From a virus: a DNA stretch of 44,295 nt. Every line of letters begins with the position of its first letter. The first letter of the stretch is position 1. Location of the stretch: the UHGV virus genome UHGV-0091795; one strand, given 5' to 3'. The translations under genes and the position numbers were made by a program. The notes beneath the pieces were generated by a model that was not told the DNA's origin, made no database searches, and saw nothing but the letters and a program-made list of their open reading frames with translations. Shown piece by piece: positions 38,229 through 44,295 of the stretch.

Positions 38229-39052
38229 CAACTCCATGCCTATATAGCATCGTTCGCTATGCGCCTTATGCGGAGACTGAAGAGTTCGCAAACATAGGCG
38301 TACTTCTGTGCGCGCCAAAAGAAAATTACTTTGATTTCCAGCTCACAAAGCGAAATGACTCTCGTGTAAAGAATTTTTTCCATGATGATTGTATTTTCCC
38401 TGTAGCAAAAGACTCAATACAAAGAGAACTACAGTTCGCAAAAATGCATGCGACCCAGATTGTTGGACATCAACAACTTGCACAATTCTTCAGATATTTT
38501 ACAAACAAAAAAGAATCAATTTTTCAGTTCAGTTCTACGAGAGTGATTCTCAGCGAAAACCCAAAAGAAGAGCTGGCCCGCATTTACAATAAATATGTAA
38601 ACCACTCTGACTACACAAAAGAGCGCCGTGAAGATGTTCTAGCCAGAGAGCTAAAACGAAGTATCGATAGAATAGATGGATTGAAGAACGTCTTCAAACA
38701 AGCAACCATTGATGGGTATTTCGCAAAGTTCTCAATGCCATTGGTCGCCAAGAAGCATGACAGGATCCAATGTGCCATCAAACCTCTGGCATTCACTCAA
38801 GCTGAACCAGGAAAAATGATGGAGCATAGTGATACTTGGGTGATGAGAATAACTCGAGCAGCAGAAGAAAACCTGCTTTCACTTGATGACATTTTATTCA
38901 CAATTGAAACTCCTGAATCACCAAACTCAGGCCAAAGCAAAGTTATTGACATCATAAAGAGAACTATGGATGCTAAGAAAATAAATCATATACCTGCATC
39001 CAACCACAAAGAAACTATTGATTTTGCAAAAAAAATACTTCCCCAAGTTTAA
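38225..39052 (+). CDS. DUF3037-like protein, second gene of the immunity-region cassette
   Basis: ATG overlaps the upstream stop (ATGA). N-terminus LYSIVRYAPYAETEEFANIGVLL fits the DUF3037-type pattern (Y.I.RY.P....EEF.N.GV.L). Confidence 0.55.
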   Translation: MTTPCLYSIVRYAPYAETEEFANIGVLLCAPKENYFDFQLTKRNDSRVKNFFHDDCIFPVAKDSIQRELQFAKMHATQIVGHQQLAQFFRYFTNKKESIFQFSSTRVILSENPKEELARIYNKYVNHSDYTKERREDVLARELKRSIDRIDGLKNVFKQATIDGYFAKFSMPLVAKKHDRIQCAIKPLAFTQAEPGKMMEHSDTWVMRITRAAEENLLSLDDILFTIETPESPNSGQSKVIDIIKRTMDAKKINHIPASNHKETIDFAKKILPQV

Positions 39053-39087
39053 AATTTATTTTTGTATGTGATATTCCTTATTAATAA

Positions 39088-39114
39088 CCCGGCCACCGTG
39101 CCGGGTTTTCTTTT
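39088..39114 (+). terminator. intrinsic terminator ending the cI-cassette transcript
   Basis: cccggc-caccgt-gccggg hairpin followed by TTTTCTTTT, 36 bp after the DUF3037-like stop. Confidence 0.75.
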
Positions 39115-39254
39115 GCCTCCCCTCATCACACAAACCGCTCAAAAAACCACCACAACCCCGCTTCAGTTATCGCTATGCGATGCAAGTCACAAAATTAATT
39201 CTTTTTGCTATCAAACATTTAATATCAAAACACATCTAACGATAGCAATAAGTA

Positions 39255-39283
39255 TTGATATCACCAATAGCAATAGCTATTAT
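39255..39283 (+). promoter_or_regulatory. pL-like early-left promoter with overlapping operator motifs
   Basis: -35 TTGATA, 17-nt spacer, -10 TATTAT; ATAGCAAT motifs (39242-39249, 39266-39273) match motifs in the cI-cro intergenic region. Confidence 0.55.
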
Positions 39284-39388
39284 CACCATATCGCAACAAC
39301 ACAACGATACGGCAACCACCTGATTCACCGTTGCGATGACCGCTTAGATCCGCAGCTTGATTTCAGCAGGCTCCGGGGAGTGCGAGGG

Positions 39389-39592
39389 GTGAAACGGACG
39401 CGTGAACGTCGGTGTGACCAGCTGAAATCAACTCAACACTTCATACCTCAGTTGCTTCAACGAGGCGACTTAGTTATGACAACCGGCGGCCATCCACCGC
39501 CAAATACTGCGCAACCCCTTATTTGTTCAGCAGCCCAGCTTACGGGCAGGAGTTTTTATGGTTCATCAACATTACGGAACGCAGACCGTTAA
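39389..39592 (+). CDS. candidate N-like antiterminator (arginine-rich N-terminus, GTG start)
   Basis: 67-aa frame beginning GTG with a GGGGAG RBS 8 nt upstream; N-terminus MKRTRERRCDQLK resembles the arginine-rich motif of lambdoid N proteins. Highly tentative. Confidence 0.25.
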   Translation: MKRTRERRCDQLKSTQHFIPQLLQRGDLVMTTGGHPPPNTAQPLICSAAQLTGRSFYGSSTLRNADR

Positions 39593-39764
39593 TCGCGGTG
39601 CGGTCATGCCAGGAATGCTGGTCAAACACAAAGATGGTACCTGGACTGCATCAGCTAATTTACGCGGACGGCTTTATCTGCATCGCGGCATCGAGCGCAC
39701 TTATACCCGTGATTTGCTCGTGGAAGTTTTTCTCGACGGACGCGGTAACGGCCTGAATCACTAA
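39558..39764 (+). CDS. small hypothetical protein in the kil/cIII position
   Basis: 68-aa ORF with an aggag RBS 7 nt before the ATG, immediately upstream of gam. Confidence 0.4.
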   Translation: MVHQHYGTQTVNRGAVMPGMLVKHKDGTWTASANLRGRLYLHRGIERTYTRDLLVEVFLDGRGNGLNH

Positions 39765-39840
39765 CCCCCCTTTCCTGTTTTCCTAATCAGCCTGGCATTT
39801 CGCGGGCGATATTTTCACAGCCATTTTCAGGAGTTCAGCC

Positions 39841-40137
39841 ATGAACGCTTATTACATTCAGGATCGTCTTGAGGCTCAGAGCTGGGCGCGTCACTACCAG
39901 CAGATCGCCCGTGAAGAGAAAGAGGCAGAACTGGCAAACGACATGGAAAAAGGCCTGCCCCAGCACCTGTTTGAATCGCTATGCATCGATCATTTGCAAC
40001 GCCACGGGGCCAGCAAAAAAGCCATTACCCGTGCGTTTGATGACGATGTTGAGTTTCAGGAGCGCATGGCAGAACACATCCGGTACATGGTTGAAACCAT
40101 TGCTCACCACCAGGTTGATATTGATTCAGAGGTATAA
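39841..40137 (+). CDS. gam: Gam (RecBCD inhibitor), short form
   Basis: 98-aa [59 protein letters not shown]..., near-identical to lambda Gam. Confidence 0.9.
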   Translation: MNAYYIQDRLEAQSWARHYQQIAREEKEAELANDMEKGLPQHLFESLCIDHLQRHGASKKAITRAFDDDVEFQERMAEHIRYMVETIAHHQVDIDSEV

Positions 40138-40142
40138 AACGG

Positions 40143-40928
40143 ATGAGTACAGCACTCGCAACGCTGGCAGGGAAGCTGGCTGAACGTGTCGGCATGGATT
40201 CTGTCGACCCACAGGAACTGATCACCACTCTTCGCCAGACGGCATTTAAAGGTGATGCCAGCGATGCGCAGTTCATCGCATTGTTGATCGTCGCCAACCA
40301 GTACGGCCTTAATCCGTGGACGAAAGAAATTTACGCCTTCCCTGATAAGCAGAACGGCATCGTTCCGGTGGTGGGCGTTGATGGCTGGTCCCGCATCATC
40401 AATGAAAACCAGCAGTTTGATGGCATGGACTTTGAGCAGGACAATGAATCCTGTACATGCCGGATTTACCGCAAGGACCGTAATCATCCGATCTGCGTTA
40501 CCGAATGGATGGATGAATGCCGCCGCGAACCATTCAAAACTCGCGAAGGCAGAGAAATCACGGGGCCGTGGCAGTCGCATCCCAAACGGATGTTACGGCA
40601 TAAAGCCATGATTCAGTGTGCCCGTCTGGCCTTCGGATTTGCTGGTATCTATGACAAGGATGAAGCCGAGCGCATTGTCGAAAATACTGCATACACTGCA
40701 GAACGTCAGCCAGAACGCGACATCACTCCGGTTAACGATGAAACCATGCAGGAGATTAACACTCTGCTGATCTCCCTGGATAAAACATGGGATGACGACT
40801 TATTGCCGCTCTGTTCCCAGATATTTCGCCGCGACATTCGCGCATCGTCAGAACTGACACAGGCCGAAGCAGTGAAAGCTCTTGGATTCCTGAAACAGAA
40901 AGCCACTGAGCAGAAGGTGGCAGCATGA
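40143..40928 (+). CDS. bet: Bet (Red-beta single-strand annealing protein)
   Basis: 261-aa [62 protein letters not shown]..., near-identical to lambda Bet. Confidence 0.9.
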   Translation: MSTALATLAGKLAERVGMDSVDPQELITTLRQTAFKGDASDAQFIALLIVANQYGLNPWTKEIYAFPDKQNGIVPVVGVDGWSRIINENQQFDGMDFEQDNESCTCRIYRKDRNHPICVTEWMDECRREPFKTREGREITGPWQSHPKRMLRHKAMIQCARLAFGFAGIYDKDEAERIVENTAYTAERQPERDITPVNDETMQEINTLLISLDKTWDDDLLPLCSQIFRRDIRASSELTQAEAVKALGFLKQKATEQKVAA

Positions 40929-41605
40929 CACCGGACATTATCCTGCAGCGTACCGGGATCGACGTGAGAGCTGTCGAACAGGGGGATGATGCATGGCACA
41001 AATTACGGCTCGGCGTCATCACCGCTTCAGAAGTTCACAACGTGATAGCAAAGCCCCGATCAGGAAAGAAGTGGCCTGACATGAAAATGTCCTACTTCCA
41101 CACCCTGCTGGCTGAGGTTTGCACCGGTGTGGCTCCGGAAGTTAACGCTAAAGCGCTGGCCTGGGGAAAACAGTACGAGAACGACGCCAGAACCCTGTTT
41201 GAGTTCACTTCCGGCGTAAATGTTATTGAATCCCCGATCATCTATCGCGACGAAAGTATGCGCACCGCCTGCTCTCCCGATGGTTTATGCAGTGACGGCA
41301 ATGGCCTTGAGCTGAAATGCCCGTTTACCTCCCGGGATTTCATGAAGTTCCGGCTCGGTGGTTTCGAGGCCATAAAGTCGGCTTACATGGCCCAGGTGCA
41401 GTACAGCATGTGGGTGACGCGAAAAGATGCCTGGTACTTTGCCAACTATGACCCGCGTATGAAGCGTGAAGGCCTGCATTATGTCGTGATTGAGCGGAAT
41501 GAAAAGTACATGGCGAATTTTGACGAGATGGTGCCGGAGTTCATCGAAAAAATGGACGTGGCACTGGCTGAAATTGGTTTTGTATTTGGGGAGCAATGGC
41601 GATGA
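40925..41605 (+). CDS. exo: Exo (Red-alpha 5'-3' exonuclease)
   Basis: 226-aa [47 protein letters not shown]..., near-identical to lambda Exo. Confidence 0.9.
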   Translation: MTPDIILQRTGIDVRAVEQGDDAWHKLRLGVITASEVHNVIAKPRSGKKWPDMKMSYFHTLLAEVCTGVAPEVNAKALAWGKQYENDARTLFEFTSGVNVIESPIIYRDESMRTACSPDGLCSDGNGLELKCPFTSRDFMKFRLGGFEAIKSAYMAQVQYSMWVTRKDAWYFANYDPRMKREGLHYVVIERNEKYMANFDEMVPEFIEKMDVALAEIGFVFGEQWR

Positions 41606-41784
41606 AGCATCCTCACGATAATATCCGGGTAGGCGCGATCACTTTCGTCTACTCCGTTACAAAGCGAGGCTGGGTATTTCCCGGCCTTCCTGTTATCCGA
41701 AATCCCCTGAAAGCACAGCGGCTGGCTGAGGAGATAAATAATAAACGGGGGGCTGTATGCACAAAGCATCTCCTGTTGAGTTAA
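41596..41784 (+). CDS. small hypothetical early protein
   Basis: 62-aa ORF overlapping the exo stop (ATGA-type coupling). Confidence 0.4.
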   Translation: MAMKHPHDNIRVGAITFVYSVTKRGWVFPGLPVIRNPLKAQRLAEEINNKRGAVCTKHLLLS

Positions 41785-41948
41785 GAACGAGTATCGAGAT
41801 GGCACATAGCCTCGCTCAAATTGGAGTCAGGTTTGTGCCAATACCAGTAGAAACAGACGAAGAATTTCATACGTTAGCCACATCCCTTTCACAAAAGCTG
41901 GAAATGATGGTGGCGAAAGCAGAAGCAGATGAGAGAGACCAGGTATGA
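41757..41948 (+). CDS. small hypothetical early protein (lambda orf63-like)
   Basis: 63-aa acidic ORF ...[55 protein letters not shown], recalled as similar to a small lambda b-region ORF. Confidence 0.45.
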   Translation: MHKASPVELRTSIEMAHSLAQIGVRFVPIPVETDEEFHTLATSLSQKLEMMVAKAEADERDQV

Positions 41949-42024
41949 CAACCACTGAATGCATTTTTCTGGCAGCGGGCTTCATATTCTGTGTGCTTAT
42001 GCTTGCCGACATGGGGCTTGTTCA

Positions 42025-42240
42025 GTGACACCTCAGCAGGAAAACGCCCTTCGCAGCATTGCCCGTCAGGCTAATTCTGAAATCAAAAAAACCAGACAGC
42101 AGTTTCCGGATAAAAACGTCGATGACATTTGCCGTAGCGTACTGAAGAAGCACCGCGAAACGGTAACGCTGATGGGATTCACACCGACTCATTTAAGCCT
42201 GGCAATCGGCATGTTAAACGGCGTTTTTAAGGAACGGTGA
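42025..42240 (+). CDS. small hypothetical early protein
   Basis: In-frame GTG start (VTPQQENALRSIARQANSEIKK...); the upstream part of the longer six-frame ORF overlaps another frame. Confidence 0.3.
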   Translation: MTPQQENALRSIARQANSEIKKTRQQFPDKNVDDICRSVLKKHRETVTLMGFTPTHLSLAIGMLNGVFKER

Positions 42241-42338
42241 ACATGAAAAGCAAAATCATCAGGGAGCTACAGGCTCCTTTTTTATTATTCGCATTCACCC
42301 TCAAGCGTATTAACCAACAATTCAGGGATTAATGAAAG

Positions 42339-42557
42339 ATGGCAGACATCATTGATTCAGCATCAGAAATTGAAGAATTACAGCGCAACACAGCAATAAA
42401 AATGCGCCGCCTGAACCACCAGGCTATATCTGCCACTCATTGTTGTGAGTGTGGCGATCCGATAGATGAACGAAGACGCCTGGTCGTTCAGGGTTGTCGG
42501 ACTTGTGCAAGTTGTCAGGAGGAGATCGAACTTAAGAACAAACAATGGGGACTGTGA
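42339..42557 (+). CDS. TraR/DksA-family C4-type zinc-finger protein
   Basis: 72-aa ORF with CxxC...CxxC (CCECGDPIDERRRLVVQGCRTCASC), the TraR/DksA-like zinc finger common in lambdoid early-left regions. Confidence 0.7.
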   Translation: MADIIDSASEIEELQRNTAIKMRRLNHQAISATHCCECGDPIDERRRLVVQGCRTCASCQEEIELKNKQWGL

Positions 42558-42604
42558 TGGCCTCAAAGCAGCAAATTTCAACATCGTCCAACTGAGGTGT
42601 AAAA

Positions 42605-42883
42605 ATGTTCAGAATCATTTTTCCTAACACCTGGTACGTCGACCACCACGGCACTCCCTGCAAAATCCTGCGTTCTACCCACAACAAAGTTCACTACATC
42701 CGAAAAGGCAGAACATGTATCGCCAGCATGTTCCGCTTTAATCATGACTTTGAACCTGTGAATAAAGCTGATGCAGATCGGATAGCAGAAGAGATCGAAA
42801 CGGCAGAACACATTAAGAAGTTACGTGACATGCGTTCAAAAAGCAGAGGTAACCATGGAATCATACAGCCTCACACTCGATGA
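42605..42883 (+). CDS. hypothetical protein upstream of xis
   Basis: 92-aa ORF; unrecognised. Confidence 0.35.
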   Translation: MFRIIFPNTWYVDHHGTPCKILRSTHNKVHYIRKGRTCIASMFRFNHDFEPVNKADADRIAEEIETAEHIKKLRDMRSKSRGNHGIIQPHTR

Positions 42884-43205
42884 GGCCTGTCAGTTTCTCA
42901 AGATATCCAGACCTACCGCTACCAACTGGATACGAACAGGCCGCCTACAGGCAACACGCAAAGACCCCACTAAACTAAAATCTCCTTACCTCACAACACG
43001 ACAAGCCTGCATTGCGGCACTTCAGTCTCCGCTGCATACTGTCAAGGTGAGCGCGGGTGATGGCATAACAGAGGAAAGAAAATGTCACTCTTCCGCAGAA
43101 GTGAAATATGGTACGCCAGTTTCACATTGCCGAACGGTAAAAGATTTAAACAGTCTCTTGGAACAAAGGACAAAAGGCAGGCGACAGAGCTCCATGACAA
43201 GCTAA
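42855..43205 (+). CDS. xis: excisionase (P22 Xis-like)
   Basis: [38 protein letters not shown]... (winged-helix excisionase), overlapping the int start as in P22. Confidence 0.8.
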   Translation: MESYSLTLDEACQFLKISRPTATNWIRTGRLQATRKDPTKLKSPYLTTRQACIAALQSPLHTVKVSAGDGITEERKCHSSAEVKYGTPVSHCRTVKDLNSLLEQRTKGRRQSSMTS

Positions 43206-44245
43206 AGGCTGAAGCATGGCGGGTCAGCAAACTTGGTGAAATACCTGATATGACGTTCGAGGAAGCGTGTGTCAGGTGGCTTGAAGAGAAAGCACATAAA
43301 AAATCACTGGACGATGACAAAAGCCGGATCGGATTCTGGCTTCAACATTTCGCAGGGATGCAATTAAGAGACATTACTGAATCAAAAATTTATTCAGCAA
43401 TTCAGAAAATGACGAACCGGCGTCATGAGGAAAACTGGAAACTCAGGGCAGAAGCATGCAGAAAAAAAGGGAAACCTGTTCCAGAATACACGCCAAAACC
43501 AGCGTCCGTTGCAACGAAGGCAACGCATCTTTCATTTATAAAGGCCCTGCTAAGAGCCGCAGAGCGTGAATGGAAAATGCTGGATAAGGCACCAATTATT
43601 AAAGTGCCTCAACCAAAGAATAAACGGATCCGCTGGCTGGAGCCTCATGAAGCACAAAGGCTGATTGATGAATGTCCGGAGCCATTAAAGTCTGTTGTTG
43701 AATTTGCACTGGCAACAGGTTTAAGACGCTCAAACATCATCAACCTTGAATGGCAACAAATAGACATGCAGCGCCGGGTGGCATGGATAAACCCGGAAGA
43801 GAGTAAATCAAACCGCGCAATTGGCGTTGCGCTGAATGATACTGCATGTCGTGTATTGAAAAAACAAATCGGGAATCATCACCGTTGGGTATTTGTGTAC
43901 AAGGAAAGCTGTACCAAACCAGACGGAACGAAAGCGCCAACAGTAAGGAAGATGCGGTATGACGCAAACACAGCCTGGAAAGCGGCGCTGAGACGGGCTG
44001 GTATTGATGATTTCAGATTTCACGACTTGAGACACACCTGGGCAAGTTGGCTGGTTCAAGCCGGAGTCCCGTTGTCAGTGTTACAGGAAATGGGAGGCTG
44101 GGAGTCTATCGAAATGGTTCGTCGATATGCTCACCTTGCACCTAATCACCTTACCGAACACGCACGGCAAATAGACTCGATCCTGAACCCATCGGTCCCA
44201 AATTTGTCCCAGTCAAAAAATAAGGAAGGTACTAATGATGTGTAA
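43082..44245 (+). CDS. int: tyrosine integrase (P22 Int-like)
   Basis: 387-aa [50 protein letters not shown]... with catalytic region [15 protein letters not shown]...VRRYAHL; ends 14 bp before the tRNA 3' end. Confidence 0.9.
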   Translation: MSLFRRSEIWYASFTLPNGKRFKQSLGTKDKRQATELHDKLKAEAWRVSKLGEIPDMTFEEACVRWLEEKAHKKSLDDDKSRIGFWLQHFAGMQLRDITESKIYSAIQKMTNRRHEENWKLRAEACRKKGKPVPEYTPKPASVATKATHLSFIKALLRAAEREWKMLDKAPIIKVPQPKNKRIRWLEPHEAQRLIDECPEPLKSVVEFALATGLRRSNIINLEWQQIDMQRRVAWINPEESKSNRAIGVALNDTACRVLKKQIGNHHRWVFVYKESCTKPDGTKAPTVRKMRYDANTAWKAALRRAGIDDFRFHDLRHTWASWLVQAGVPLSVLQEMGGWESIEMVRRYAHLAPNHLTEHARQIDSILNPSVPNLSQSKNKEGTNDV

Positions 44246-44259
44246 CTTATTGATTTAAA

Positions 44260-44295
44260 TGGTGCCGATAATAGGAGTCGAACCTACGACCTTCG
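44260..44295 (-). tRNA. thrW: tRNA-Thr, 3' portion (gene continues beyond the window); phage attachment core
   Basis: The reverse complement reads cgaaggtcgtaggttcgactcctattatcggcacca, i.e. anticodon-stem/T-arm/acceptor 3' end with CCA, matching the tRNA-Thr used as the P22-type att site. Confidence 0.8.

Noticed and set aside
39062-39592. 176-aa plus-strand ORF spanning the cassette terminator and pL-like promoter
   Set aside because: It has no start codon context and runs through a terminator hairpin and promoter; only its last 67 codons were kept as the tentative N-like candidate.
40104-41022. Minus-strand ORFs antisense to bet and exo (40104-40580, 40706-40999, 40756-41022)
   Set aside because: The plus-strand genes are near-identical to lambda Bet and Exo, so the antisense frames are shadows.
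1-44295. CRISPR arrays or rRNA genes
   Set aside because: No regularly spaced short direct repeats with unique spacers and no rRNA-like sequence were seen; the only periodic repeats are the origin iterons inside O.

Overview
The window is almost entirely one mosaic lambdoid prophage integrated beside a tRNA-Thr gene, whose 3' end is at 44260-44295 on the minus strand. All identifications are from reading the translations and DNA by eye; no searches were run. Right to left, the phage carries a P22-type int/xis, lambda-type exo-bet-gam, an immunity region (cI, divergent cro, YdaT-like protein), lambda-type O (with iterons), P and ren, a reduced nin region (ybcN-like, ninE, ybcO-like, rusA), a frameshifted Q antiterminator, a phage-21-type lysis cassette (pinholin S, SAR endolysin R, Rz/Rz1), an HNH/terminase/portal/protease/HK97-like capsid head module, and a Mu-like contractile tail ending in an invertible tail-fibre segment with a truncated Pin-like invertase. 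Several AT-rich accessory insertions sit at classic moron positions. The strongest candidate for an undescribed system is a translationally coupled kinase-like + DUF3037-like gene pair in the rexAB slot between cI and a pL-like promoter (37479-39052). Other candidates are a membrane-anchored coiled-coil protein with a T5orf172/GIY-YIG-like C-terminus in the nin region (31992-33494), a GmrSD-like type IV restriction gene abutting the truncated invertase (1448-3337), and an AT-rich islet between the packaging and lysis genes (23200-24160). An IS3 copy, an AraC-family regulator, a DUF523-like gene and a lipocalin sit between Q and the lysis genes. The Q frameshift, truncated invertase and IS3 suggest a decaying prophage. 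No CRISPR array or rRNA was seen.
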